Shown here in pieces: positions 48,252-60,800 of a DNA stretch of 64,000 bases; position 1 is the stretch's first letter; each line of letters opens with the position of its first letter. The stretch lies in the IMG/VR virus record IMGVR_UViG_3300010160_000035, positions 15,639-79,638 of that record; one strand, 5' to 3'. The position numbers and the translations under genes were made by a program. The notes below the pieces were generated by a model that made no database searches, was not told the DNA's origin, and saw only the letters and a program-made list of their open reading frames with translations. The DNA comes from a virus.

Positions 48252-48772
48252 CAAGAAAAGATTCTAAGAACAAGTTTGATGTGCATAATACTTATGAAGA
48301 TATTTATAAGCATTATAAAGTAAATACAGATAAGCCAGTAGACAAAGCTAACCATGCTGCAGTACTGGCTGACACATTTGAAACTCTAATGAACATGGTA
48401 ATCAAAGATGGTTACTCATTAAAGTTTCCACACAAGTTTGGAACATTAGAAATACAAAAGAAAAAACAAAAGATAGTCTACAATGAAAATGGTTCTATAA
48501 ATAGAATCTGCTATAAGATTGATTGGGGTGAGACTAAGAAACATTGGCAAACAGTTTATGGTGATATCTCTGCTGAAGATTTAAAACAGATTAAGAATAA
48601 ACCTAAAATCTATTGCAAGAATAAATATAGAATGAAATTTAAATATATTAAAGACAAGGCTGTATATAAAGGTAAGTCAGTAGTTATGTTTATACCAAGT
48701 AGAAAATGGTGTAGAGAATTAGCTACTCATCTTAAAACAGATCCTTATAGAACAGATTATAAAGAACAATGA
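48248..48772 (+). CDS. IHF/HU-like basic protein of the crAss tail module
   Basis: FPHKFGTLEI..IDWGETKK..FIPSRKWCREL. Confidence 0.6.
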   Translation: MTRKDSKNKFDVHNTYEDIYKHYKVNTDKPVDKANHAAVLADTFETLMNMVIKDGYSLKFPHKFGTLEIQKKKQKIVYNENGSINRICYKIDWGETKKHWQTVYGDISAEDLKQIKNKPKIYCKNKYRMKFKYIKDKAVYKGKSVVMFIPSRKWCRELATHLKTDPYRTDYKEQ

Positions 48773-49065
48773 TTATAAAACTAAATGCTATGGCAGATGA
48801 CAAAAAAAAGTGGGAGAAATCAGAAACTTCTGATGGAATCACTAAGAGAGTAAGTGTTGAACAAGTAGAAAATGGTTACATTGTAACTATGGAAAAATAT
48901 GGTAGACCATCTATGGGTGATGGTGATGAAGATGATAGCAAATATACTAATGACTGCAAGAAATATATCTCTAAGAAAAATCCTCTTGAAGGTATGGCAC
49001 CTAAGACAGAGAAAGAATCTGTAGAAGATAAAATTCTTGATGGACTAGAAAACTTATCCTTTTAA
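48769..49065 (+). CDS. Hypothetical protein
   Basis: 98 aa, VEQVENGYIV motif. Confidence 0.55.
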   Translation: MIIKLNAMADDKKKWEKSETSDGITKRVSVEQVENGYIVTMEKYGRPSMGDGDEDDSKYTNDCKKYISKKNPLEGMAPKTEKESVEDKILDGLENLSF

Positions 49066-49070
49066 TAACT

Positions 49071-50036
49071 ATGGCTACTTCAGGTAAACTTGTCAGTTTA
49101 AAAACTATTGTAGAGAGAGTCTACATGGACTTTGGATTTAATTATTCATTATCATTCACAGAAGCTGCTGAATGGGCTGGTAGTTTACTTGCTTTACTTA
49201 AAGCTCCTTTGATATTAAAACATCATGTTGAAGAGATTATAATTGATGAAGGTAGAGGTAAGCTCCCTTGTGATTTAGAATCTATTATACAAACAGCTAG
49301 AAAAGTACAGGGTGTTGGTGATGGTTGTTCTACAGGTGTAATTGCTACTTTAGATAGAGGTACACAGTATGTAGAAATCTCTGCTATTGATATTGTAAAT
49401 AGAAAATTTAAATTATGTGGTTGTAATGCATTCACTACTTGTGATGAATGTACTACTATTGAAGGTCCTAATATTGAAGGTAATATTCCTTGTGAACCTC
49501 GTACTCCTATTATTAGAAGATATGGTGGTGGCACTGAAAGACCTAACTTTAGATTAGAGCCTATGAGATGGGCTACTGATTCTTTTAACAATAGCATGCA
49601 TTGTACTAACTATGACTATGCTTGTAAATCTGCAAGTACATATACAGTCAATGGTAATTATATATTTACATCTTTTGATCAAGGTTCTGTAATGATGGCT
49701 TACTTAGCTATACCTACAGATGAAGAAGGCTTTCCTTTAATACCTGCTGATGAATGGTGGAGACAAGCAGTACAGTTTGAGATTGCTTATAAGATTGCAA
49801 TGAAACTATTTATTCAAGGTAATATTGCAGATAAAACATTTCAGTATATTGAGAGAGAAAGAGATTGGAAAGTAGCACAAGCTGTTAATAAATCTAAAAT
49901 GCCTTCTATTGATGAAATGGAATCATTCAAGAATCAGTGGCTTAAACTTATTCCAAATTACAACAATCATAGTACATTCTTTAAAAACATGCAAATGCCA
50001 GAAAGAATGTTTAATCATCCATACAGATACTTCTAA
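49071..50036 (+). CDS. Tail ring (tubular) protein with a Cys-rich insertion
   Basis: LPCDL, YIFTSF..G, YLAIPTDEEGFPLIP, MPSIDEMES. Confidence 0.7.
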   Translation: MATSGKLVSLKTIVERVYMDFGFNYSLSFTEAAEWAGSLLALLKAPLILKHHVEEIIIDEGRGKLPCDLESIIQTARKVQGVGDGCSTGVIATLDRGTQYVEISAIDIVNRKFKLCGCNAFTTCDECTTIEGPNIEGNIPCEPRTPIIRRYGGGTERPNFRLEPMRWATDSFNNSMHCTNYDYACKSASTYTVNGNYIFTSFDQGSVMMAYLAIPTDEEGFPLIPADEWWRQAVQFEIAYKIAMKLFIQGNIADKTFQYIERERDWKVAQAVNKSKMPSIDEMESFKNQWLKLIPNYNNHSTFFKNMQMPERMFNHPYRYF

Positions 50037-50039
50037 TAT

Positions 50040-53000
50040 ATGCCAGCTAGTAAAAATACATGGAATAAGGGGCTTAATTCAGATTTTTCAAAACTTAAAA
50101 GCCAACAAGACAGTTACTTAGATGCTAAGAATATCAGAGTAATGACAGATGAGGGTTCATCTACTTTTGCTATAGAGAATATTAAAGGAAATGAATTTAG
50201 TTTTAATATACCACCTGTTGAAGCTACATATACTATTACAATACCTGAAGGATTTTTAGGTACAATGTATGTTGATTTACAAAGAGGTGTTTACTTAGAG
50301 AGTCTCCAAATTGATAACATAGAAAATAAATCATATGAGTTTATTACTGAAGAACTAAATGCTAAATTACAAACAACTAATTTTCCTGGTAAAGAATACA
50401 CAAGATTTTATTTTAATTCAAAAGGCATTGTACTATATGATTTTTTACCAAATTCTTCAACATTATCTAGTATTGTTTTAACTGTATATAATGCATTATC
50501 TGATTTAAGAACTGGTAGAACAGCTACACATACTATACTTGGATGGGGATATTATAATAATACAATTGTATTAATTACTTGCCCTTCAAATAGTAATAGT
50601 GAAACTCCTGAAGATGAAGAAGGTTTTATATGGGCAGCTACTTATGATAATGCAACAAATACTATACAAGTTGCTGACATTGATGGTGATTATTTAAACC
50701 CTAATACTACATTAAGATATGCAGGTAAACTAAATTTATCAAGACAATATGCTATCTACAAACATTTAAAATGTAGATATGAAAATAACTATATTGCAAG
50801 AGTAGTATGGACAGATGGTTATAATAATTTAAGAACTTGCAATGTTCTTGATCCACAAATATGGGCAACACCACCAGAATTATTCTCTTATATACCTGTA
50901 CATGCACCACAGAAACCTGTTATTACTCCAATAACTGGAGGTACATTACCAACAGGTAAATATCAATACTTTTACCAACTATCTTCTAATCAAGGAGCTA
51001 CATCTACATTCTCTCCTATAAGTAACTTAATATTTGCTTATCCTGGTGACTCAATTAATTATGCTACACCAGGCAATAACCCAGGAACAAATTCTCAAAA
51101 ATCAATGCAGGTTTATATACAAAACCTAGATACTAATTATGATACTATTAGATGTGGTTATATAGTATATCAAATTACTGATGTACCAGAAGCTTTTTTC
51201 TTTGATGAAAGAGCTATACCTGATACTGGTAATTTAACTATAGTGCATAGTGGTAATGAAAATGATATACCTATTGATTCAGTAAATATTGCTAATCTTA
51301 ATAGAACTCCAGAAGTATTTAAAACTATTGATGTAGTTAGAAATAGATTATTTGCAGCTAATGCTAAAACTACTAATTTTGATTTAACAAATGAGTTTGA
51401 TGCTAGAGCTTATAGATTTGATTCTACAGGTATAGCTAGATTATATAATATAGATGATACTTATTTTAACCCATCTTTATTAATAGACATTAGTTTAAAT
51501 CAAATGTTTATTGAAAATCCTATTCCTATATCTCCAATAGACTATACATTAATACCTGATACATTTGATTGCATTAATCCTTTTAATCAAGAAAATAATG
51601 CTTATAATCCATTTTCAAATAATGATTGGTATAATACTGCACAATATAAATATCAAGATGCTAATGCAACTATAATTGGTGGTAAAGGATTAAACATTTC
51701 TTACCAGTTTGTAACTAAAGAGATGACAGCTAAAATAGCTAGGTTTGATACTGCTAGTAAATATATACAACCTGATTTTAATTATGCAAATGAATATACA
51801 TATGAATTTTCTGATACATATGCATATCCAGGTGGTAGAGGTTTAACAATGGACAGTTTGAAAAATCCAATAATTGAAACATTATTTACAGGGTATTCAA
51901 GAGGTGAGGTTTACAGATTTGGTATTGTATTTTATGATAACTATGGTTATCCATCTTATCCACTATGGATAGGTGATATTAAGTTTCCATTTGCTTATGA
52001 GCAAGATGATATAGGAGATAGCTTTGGTCTTACTAAATTAAATGATGCTGGTGTACCATATACTCAAAAAACATTTGTAGGTATACCTGACTATACACAA
52101 GTTGATGATATCGATGAAGAAAGTTCTTTTGATATGTTACAGGTTGGATTTTATCTTGCAACAAAACTAGTAGGGCCTAATGGATTTGTACATACATTAG
52201 CTGATTTTACTCTTGGAGTAGGTGAAGGTAATCCTGAAAATTATCAATCAGATTTTAATAATTTACCATATAGTCAAAGATATGGATTATATGTTATGTT
52301 AGATCCTTTATTTCCTCAAGCTATATCATTTATTACTGATGATAATGGACCATACTCTGGATTTCTTCCATCTGTCTGGGCAGGAAAATCTATACAAATA
52401 ACTAAACAACTTTTAGGTGCTGAATATGTATCTATACTATTTACTTTCCCTACTTTTTTTCCAAGTGGGAGTGGTAGTTCTAACCCTGTAATAGTTAAAC
52501 AATTAGGTATTACATTTTCTTTAGATACATCAGGTGCTCAGTTTCAAGCTATTAAAAATAAAATATCAGGATACTCTTATGTAAGATTAAAAAGAGAACA
52601 AGCTGATAGTACTAGATTAGGTACTGGAGTACTTCAATCTTCATATGCTAGTGGAGATGATAAAAATAGATATATACTAACGTCATATGAATGGGATACA
52701 GCGCAAAGTGGTCCTAAATGGGGATTTGATTTAGGTCCTGGTAATGAAAATGGTGAGCAAGTTAGATTAGGATTACAAACATATTACACTCCTAGTATAG
52801 TAGGAAATTCTTTACCTGTATTTTCTAATGGAGATTATCTTAGATTTATAGGTAGAACTAATGATTATGGCTATGTTGTACAATACTCTGCAGAAATAAC
52901 AACTCCTGATTTTGGTACAAATTATGCATATTATGTAGCATCAAATGATTTTACATATAGTTATGATGATAGTACTTACACTCATTGGATGTTAAATGTG

Positions 53001-54827
53001 CAACAAGCACAATCAACTAATTCTTTTTTACCTACTAATAATAAATTTCTAATTAAATCAAGAGCATCTGTTCCTTATTCAACTAGTGGAAATGATGCTA
53101 CTATAGATAGTTTAGTTTTTAGAAATATGGCTAATGCTAATATTGATGATGCTCAAGCTGGTAATTTTTCTGAATGGGGTGCACAATGCTTAGCAATTAC
53201 ATTTGATGCTGCTATTAGTAACTTTCCAGATACTACTGCTATCTTTAGACCTACTAATGTTAAATTGCCTATATATTTAGTTGCTTATGAAAGATATTTA
53301 CCAGAACAATATAGAGGGTGGACTAGAGCAGATAGATATAATAATGAATACATACTTACAAATCACTTTCAACCAATAGTTGGTGCTGGTAATTTATTTA
53401 GTGATGTATATGGTGGAGATACATGGGTTAATTATTTTGATTGGCAAAAGACTAATATAAATTTTACAGATAGTGTTGGAGGTAGTGGTTATGGAACTGG
53501 TGGAGAACCAGGTAGAGGTGTAGCAATATTCTTTCCTGCTGAATCTACATTTAATACAGATTTAAATGTTTCAGCACAACGTGCTGCTGTAAGACAAAAT
53601 ACAGATTCTATATTTCAAAGTAATTATCAATTTAATGCTGCTTATTCACAACAGAATACAACTAATGTATTTGTATCAAAAGGTTATCTACAATCTAATG
53701 TTATAGATGAACCACACACTATATACCCATCAGAACCTAAATTAGATGGAGAAGGTAATGACTCTTGGAGAACACTATTAGTTAATAATGCATTATCAGT
53801 TAACGGTAACTACGGTGAAATCAATAGAGTAATACAATTTAAAGATAGATTATTTTATTATCAAAATGATGGTGTAGGTATAGCATCAGTTGATGAGAGA
53901 GTACTTGCTAATGAAGGTGATACTACACAAACTCAGTTAGGTACAGGTTCAGTATTACAAAGATTTGATTATATATCTACAGAAACAGGATGTAAACATT
54001 CTTTTGCTGTAGAGTCTACAGGCTCATCTCTTTATCATTATGATTCTTTTATTAATAAATTATTTAAATACAGTGTAGGTAAAACTAAAGATGAAATATC
54101 AGGTATGAATCCTTTAACGGATATTAAAGGATTATCTGGATTCTTTAGAACTGCATTTATTGGTAGTAGTATTAAATCAGAAGATAAAATATTAAGAACA
54201 GGAGATAGAGTAGGTATTGTATCTTCATTTAATTCAGAGTACAATACTGTGTATTTTACATTCTTTGACCAACCTAATCTTATAAAATATACTATATCTT
54301 ATAATGAGTTATTAGATTCTTTTGAATCATTCTATGATTTCTTTCCATCTATGTATCTTAATATGAGAAAAAGATTTTTATCTTTATCTACAGAAAGTTC
54401 ATTTTCTAAAGTGTATACACATAATGTAGGCACTAGAAATATTTTCTATGGTGCAGTTTATCCGTCAACAGTTACATTTAGAGTTAATGAAAACTCTGAC
54501 TTTGTTAAAACATTTGATAACTTTCAACTTAATACAGAAGTTATATTAAATAACTTGCAATTAGCAGAAACAGTTTCTTCATTAGCAATTACTAATGACT
54601 ATCAAATTTTTACAGACAAAAATGTTAACTTTGTACAAAAGATAAGAAGCTGGAGATTAGCTATTCCAAGAGATGAAACTAATCTTGCATTGACTATTAA
54701 ACCTAGAATATCGGATAAATATATAGATGTTAAATTTACACATAATCCATTAGGTCTTGATAAGACATTTAGATTGCATGATGTAATAACAGAATATTCA
54801 ATGAGAAGTAAAATTGTACCTAAATAA
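50040..54827 (+). CDS. Tail stabilisation/muzzle protein (P22 gp10-like)
   Basis: 1595 aa; NTWNKGLNSD..YLDAKNIR, YSRGEVYRFGIVF, GGDT, DSWR, YGEI, TISYNE..FESFYDF. Confidence 0.8.
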   Translation: MPASKNTWNKGLNSDFSKLKSQQDSYLDAKNIRVMTDEGSSTFAIENIKGNEFSFNIPPVEATYTITIPEGFLGTMYVDLQRGVYLESLQIDNIENKSYEFITEELNAKLQTTNFPGKEYTRFYFNSKGIVLYDFLPNSSTLSSIVLTVYNALSDLRTGRTATHTILGWGYYNNTIVLITCPSNSNSETPEDEEGFIWAATYDNATNTIQVADIDGDYLNPNTTLRYAGKLNLSRQYAIYKHLKCRYENNYIARVVWTDGYNNLRTCNVLDPQIWATPPELFSYIPVHAPQKPVITPITGGTLPTGKYQYFYQLSSNQGATSTFSPISNLIFAYPGDSINYATPGNNPGTNSQKSMQVYIQNLDTNYDTIRCGYIVYQITDVPEAFFFDERAIPDTGNLTIVHSGNENDIPIDSVNIANLNRTPEVFKTIDVVRNRLFAANAKTTNFDLTNEFDARAYRFDSTGIARLYNIDDTYFNPSLLIDISLNQMFIENPIPISPIDYTLIPDTFDCINPFNQENNAYNPFSNNDWYNTAQYKYQDANATIIGGKGLNISYQFVTKEMTAKIARFDTASKYIQPDFNYANEYTYEFSDTYAYPGGRGLTMDSLKNPIIETLFTGYSRGEVYRFGIVFYDNYGYPSYPLWIGDIKFPFAYEQDDIGDSFGLTKLNDAGVPYTQKTFVGIPDYTQVDDIDEESSFDMLQVGFYLATKLVGPNGFVHTLADFTLGVGEGNPENYQSDFNNLPYSQRYGLYVMLDPLFPQAISFITDDNGPYSGFLPSVWAGKSIQITKQLLGAEYVSILFTFPTFFPSGSGSSNPVIVKQLGITFSLDTSGAQFQAIKNKISGYSYVRLKREQADSTRLGTGVLQSSYASGDDKNRYILTSYEWDTAQSGPKWGFDLGPGNENGEQVRLGLQTYYTPSIVGNSLPVFSNGDYLRFIGRTNDYGYVVQYSAEITTPDFGTNYAYYVASNDFTYSYDDSTYTHWMLNVQQAQSTNSFLPTNNKFLIKSRASVPYSTSGNDATIDSLVFRNMANANIDDAQAGNFSEWGAQCLAITFDAAISNFPDTTAIFRPTNVKLPIYLVAYERYLPEQYRGWTRADRYNNEYILTNHFQPIVGAGNLFSDVYGGDTWVNYFDWQKTNINFTDSVGGSGYGTGGEPGRGVAIFFPAESTFNTDLNVSAQRAAVRQNTDSIFQSNYQFNAAYSQQNTTNVFVSKGYLQSNVIDEPHTIYPSEPKLDGEGNDSWRTLLVNNALSVNGNYGEINRVIQFKDRLFYYQNDGVGIASVDERVLANEGDTTQTQLGTGSVLQRFDYISTETGCKHSFAVESTGSSLYHYDSFINKLFKYSVGKTKDEISGMNPLTDIKGLSGFFRTAFIGSSIKSEDKILRTGDRVGIVSSFNSEYNTVYFTFFDQPNLIKYTISYNELLDSFESFYDFFPSMYLNMRKRFLSLSTESSFSKVYTHNVGTRNIFYGAVYPSTVTFRVNENSDFVKTFDNFQLNTEVILNNLQLAETVSSLAITNDYQIFTDKNVNFVQKIRSWRLAIPRDETNLALTIKPRISDKYIDVKFTHNPLGLDKTFRLHDVITEYSMRSKIVPK

Positions 54828-54829
54828 AT

Positions 54830-57800
54830 ATGGCAGAGAAAAATTCACTTTGGAAAAATATCAGAGAAAAAGCTAAGCAAAACAGAGCATCTGGTGCTAC
54901 ACCTAAGAAGCCTACTACAGAAATGCTTAGGCAAGAAAGAAAAATTAGAGCACAGAAAGCTGATGGTGGACCAGTAAAAGAAAACCCTTTATATAAATCT
55001 AATGAAGATTATGTGTATAATCAATGGGTACAATCTATGCCTGAAAACCTTAGACAAGAATCTACAGGTTATAATATGAGAGGTGCTTGGGAAGGTGGTC
55101 TAGAACCTGAAATGTTTTACAGAGATGAGCAAGGAAACTTTAGAACTGCTCATGAACCACATCCATTTAATCCTACATATGAACCACATTTAGGAAGTAG
55201 AAATCCTAACACTGGAGAAATATTAAAATCACCAGAACACCATACTTATGATATGGGTATTGAAGGTGATATTAGAGCAGGCTATACTCCAAGAGTAGAT
55301 GCTAAAACAGGTAAGATGTATTCAACTAATTCTAGTGATCCTACAACAGCAGGACCATTTAAAGGTTATGCAGTAGGAGGTCCAACAAAAAAAGATGGTT
55401 ATTTAAGTACTCCTGTAGAACAAGTAAGCACAGGTTCATTATATAATCCAATTAGCAATAGAATTCATTCAGACCCTAATGATCCTGCAGAAGCTTTACC
55501 TCATGAATATTACCATGCTTGGCAACATGAACAAGGATTAGATAGAATACCAGAATTATATGATGGTCCATTAAGACAACCACAAACTCCTTGGTTAGAT
55601 GAATTAACTGCTGATTATTATAATAGAAGGTCAGCTGAAGAAAATCAAATTAATAATGAATTTAGAGGTCAAAACCCTAGTTTTAATTTTGTACCTAATG
55701 ATGTAATGTATGATAAATATACAAATGATGAAATGTATAATAGACCATACACTATGGAAGGTGAAGCTAGAGCAACAGAATCTCCTGAAGGTAGAGCATG
55801 GTTAAAAAATAATGGTATACTACCTCAAGGTGTTGAGAATATGTATAAAGCTAAAGGTGGGCCTGTAGGTGAAGATGAACTTTCTTTTTTAGAAAGACCA
55901 TTAAGTATGCCTATGGAAGGTTATGAGTGGGAGAGTAGACCAGAAAATCATGTAAAAGAACCTGTAAAAAAAACTAACTATAGTAACCCAAAATCAAAAG
56001 AGCAAGGTAAATCTAGTAAAGATTGGAAAGATGATTTATATTTAACTGAACAACAATTACAAAATCAAACTCTTAGAAAAAAAGGTACTCCATATAACTT
56101 ACCTAAAACTTCAGATCAATTACAAGCTGTAGGTGAACATTTTTTTGATCCTAAAAGAGTTAACTCTGTAGGTGAAAATCTACTTGAAATTATTGACCCT
56201 ACAGGAATATCATCTTGGGATGATGCATCTACTTCTTATAACTCTAAAAACCCAACTAGTTTTGAATCTATAGCAAACTACGGTTCTGTTATTCCTGTAT
56301 TAGGTAAAATACCACAGGCAGCTAAATCAATACTTCGTGGATGGAATGCTATTAATGGAGCTTGGGATATTAATAAAGATAATTTTGCTGAAGGAGGTTA
56401 TTATCCTACACAAGGTCCACCAAAAGCATTATTTAAAGGTTATGCTGAAGGTGGTTATATGTACCCAGGTGGTGGATATACTTTACCTAGTGGATTAGAT
56501 CCTACTAAACCTACTAGACAAGATAGTTTAATGTTATTTAATAATGCTTTAGAAAAGATTAAATTTTATAAAGGTAATCCTGATTATCAACGACTTGCTG
56601 TAGATAAAAATCTTAGGGACCCTAATAATACTATACCGCATACTAATTTTAAAGATCCTATTCAAAGAAAAAAACTTATTAAAGAAGGAAATTCACAACC
56701 AAATAAAAAAGTAACTCAAAAACATATAGACGAGGCTATTAAAAATGCCTTATCAGTTAAGCCTGTAACACCTTTAGAAGCTTCAAAATTAAAAGCACAA
56801 CTTAATAAAAATAGATTTGGTAAAATACCTAATACTAATTTAACTTCTTTTGGAGATGTTTTATTTAGTGGTTCTGATGATATTTATAATCCACTTGCTC
56901 CTCCTATATATTTACATCCTAATATAACACCTCAAGGTTCTGAAAGTTATGAGTCTTATAGATGGGGAGACAGTACAGATATACCATATTATGACCCAAT
57001 AGCTGTTGCTCCTTTTGATAAACTAACTACAGAACAAAAAGAAAAAAGAGTTGAAAAATATGGTGACGTAGGAGTACCTCAATCATACATGAATACTAGA
57101 AAAAAGAATACAACAAATACATTAACTAGTACTACTACATTAAAGAAAGCTGGTAACTCTACTACAATTATACCAAATACTCAACCAAAGCCTATACAGA
57201 TAGATAGATTAGAACCACTTAGACTTACAAATCTACAAACACAAGAAACACCATTAAAATTAAATTTATCTAATACAGAATACAAAGAACCATTTAAACC
57301 ATCAAGAGTGGTATTAAGAGAAATGGGTAATATACGTAGGTATAATAATAATGAGCCTTATAAAGCTACTCATGAAGTATATGTAGATGATGGTAATCAA
57401 TGGAGACCTGTTTCTAATGCAGAGCGTGAAAAATATATACAACAATATCCTGGCTCAGACCAACCTTTAGGATGGACAGGTAAAAAAGAACATGCTACTG
57501 GTGGTTACTTAAACCAATACCAACAGTATTCAACTGGTAGTTTTGTAGGTGAAGATGATAAATTACCTAAATTACCTTCTAATAGTTATGTAAATAAAGA
57601 AGGTGTTATAAATGGTCCAGTACTAACAGAACAGGGTTGGCAAGTACCAAAAACAAAAGACAATACTCCTATTGTTAATTTAAGAGAAGTTGAAATTATA
57701 TCTACACCAACTGGTGAATCAAGATTTAATAGTACACCTAATCCTTATTCTCCTGTAACAGGAATAGAGTTTTTAAATAGTGGGTTTAATCCAATTAATT

Positions 57801-60800
57801 GGTTTTTACCAAATACTGAAAAACAAGTACAGCCAATAGATCCTAAAACAGGAATGCCTTTTCCAGCAAGTGGTAAAGCAGATTATGACTATGGTACTGA
57901 AATGGCTTTAGCAGCACCATTAGCACAAGGAGTAAAATCTATAAGTAAAGGTGTTAATAAAGCGTATAATACAGTAGCAACTGGTAATTCAGCATTACCT
58001 ATTGCTTGGAAAAGTCCAGCAGTTGGACTTAGCCAAGAAATTAGTGATGATATGTTTAAATCACTTATAAATAGTGGTAAACTTTCAGATGCTGAAAGAG
58101 CTGTTGTAATTGATTATCAATATAATAGCAGACCTTTTACTGGAAGATCTGGTACAGTTAATGTAGAAAAAAGAAATCAAATTAACGATATAATAAAAAA
58201 ATACACTATAAATGCTGATAATACAGCAATAGCAACAAGAAAATTTAACCCTAAAAATAATTCAATAGGGGCAACTATAGAAAATGGTACATTAAATTTT
58301 GGTGATAGACCTACTTCTTTTTCAGCAGGTGTTGGTAAATCAGGTTATGGTTCAGGTTCTGTAGATAGAATAGTTATACCTAATAGAAGTTTAAAAAACC
58401 TTAATAAACAATTTACAGCTAATTCTTATGATCCAATTTCAGAAGAAGCTCTTAAAGGATTAGAAATTGATCCTCAATTTATTAATCATAATTATAATAA
58501 TTCTGCTATTGGTACTTTAAGAGATGAAAGAGAACTTGTAGGAACAGGGTTAAATTTAAAACAAGTAGGTAAAGTTAAAAATGATATTGGTGGTTATGAT
58601 TGGATAGTACAACATAAAAAACAAGCTGAAGGAGGATACACTATGAAAAACAATCAATCTTGGAGAAACTATCTTCAATATGCACAAGGTGGTAAAACTA
58701 ATAATGATAAAAATACATTATTAAATTCAATTATTTCTAATAATCTCGGTAGTAATGTTACAGATGATAAAGGAGGTAGAGGTTATGACTATTGGATTAA
58801 TAAATTACAAAATGAAGACAACTTAACTTTAGAAGAAGCACAACATGTTTTTGGTGCTCTTGAAAATCCTATGGCTAACAGAAATCCATTATATAACTCA
58901 ATACCATTTAGAGAAGAAGATTATGATTCACCTCCTGATGCTAGTCAGTTTGATTTATACACAGGCAATCAAGATAGAGCTAATATTAGAAGATATAGAC
59001 CTGACCAAAATCTTCAACCTAAAAAACCTTTTGGTTATGGTGAACCTGAATATGCACAAGGTGGATATACTAATCCATATAATCAATATCAAGATGATCC
59101 TCATTATCAATACAAAGTAGGTGGTAAAACTTGGCAAGGTGTAGGTTCAACTGCTTGGAATGTTCTTTCAGGTACATTAAATACTGTTACTGGTGGTCTT
59201 ACAACAGGTATAATGGATATGGGAGAAGAAGGTTTACAAAAAATGGCTAATCCTAATTTTGATCCTAATAATCCTGAAGATGTAAAAGCAATGCGTCAAA
59301 TAGAAACAGCTGGTGGTGCTGGTGAAATTGCTGGTAGTTGGTTAGGATTAACTCTAAATCCTGCAAATGTAGGTAGTGCTGTTGCAGGAACTGGAAAAGG
59401 TGCTAATGATATAGTACAAGCATCTACAGCTTCTGATGATGCTAAACAATGGTCACAGGGAATATCTGGAGTTATGCAATTAGGGCATCAAATGAATGGT
59501 ATGAATTCAGCTAGTTCTACAGGCAGTACACCAGGCGGTAGTGCTCCAGGAGCAGGTGCGGGAGCAGGAGAAGGTGTTTCTAAATTTGGAGATATATTGA
59601 CTAACTTTTCAGGCTCTGATTTTGGTAAAGATGCTAAAAAAGCAATGCCTTATATTAACCAAGCAGCAGGTATGGCTAGTGGTAATAAAGGTTCATTATT
59701 AGAACAAGGAGTTGCTAGACAAGATTATTTAAATTCACCAGAATATTTAGCTTTAAAAAACCAAGGTGATATAACAGTTAATAATGGAATCACTTTTTCA
59801 CAAGGTGGAAACATAACAAATAATTCATTAAATTTGCGTAATACTATGAGATACAAAAGATTTGCCCAAGGTGGTACATTTGACCAATATGGAATAAATA
59901 TGATTCCAGATTCTGCAGGACTACACCATGAAAGTGCTTATGGTGGTGTACCTATTGGACCTAATGCTTTAGCTGAAGGTGGTGAGATTAAAATGGATAC
60001 TGGGGATGGTGGTCAATATATAGTATCAGACCAAGTTGATGGTGCTGAGTCTCAAAAAGATTTTACTTTTTCTAAAGGTGGTAAGTATAAAGAACTTAAT
60101 AGAACTTTAGCTGATGGTATGAAACAAGATTTGACTAAATATACCTTTGGCTCATTGGCTACTAGTGATAGAGTTAAAGGTGATTTAAGAAGACCTAATG
60201 ATTCTTACTCTCAAAGTACTATAGAACAAATCAAACAAAAGTGGCAAGAGAAAACAGAATATGCCAGACAACGTAGTCAGCAAGAGCAGGCTATTGCACA
60301 AGCAGAAGAGCAAAAAAGAATGGCAGAAGAACAGTACATAGCTGCTTATGGTGGTAGAATTAATCCTAAGAAATACCCAGGATTAAACTATGCTAAAGGT
60401 GGTATACATATTAAACCTGAAAACAGAGGTAAGTTTACTGCATCAGCAGAAGCTGCTGGACATACTGTTCAAGAACATGCTAGTGCTGTATTAAATAATC
60501 CTAATGCAACTCCTCTTCAAAAGAAGAGAGCTAACTTTGCAAGAAATGCTGCTAAATGGCATCATGCTGATGGTGGTTATGTTCATAATCAAATGACACA
60601 ACCTATGCTAGCAACAGGTGGTCCATTATATGGAGACCCTGCATCACCATATACTTATGCAATGGGTGGTATGTATGGTGACCCATATGCTAGAGGTGGT
60701 CAAATAGATTACACTAATGATATGTATAGTTCATATGCAGGTGGTGGTCCAATGGTTAGTAATGTGCCACAAGCATTTAATGGACCTTCTGCACAAAATA

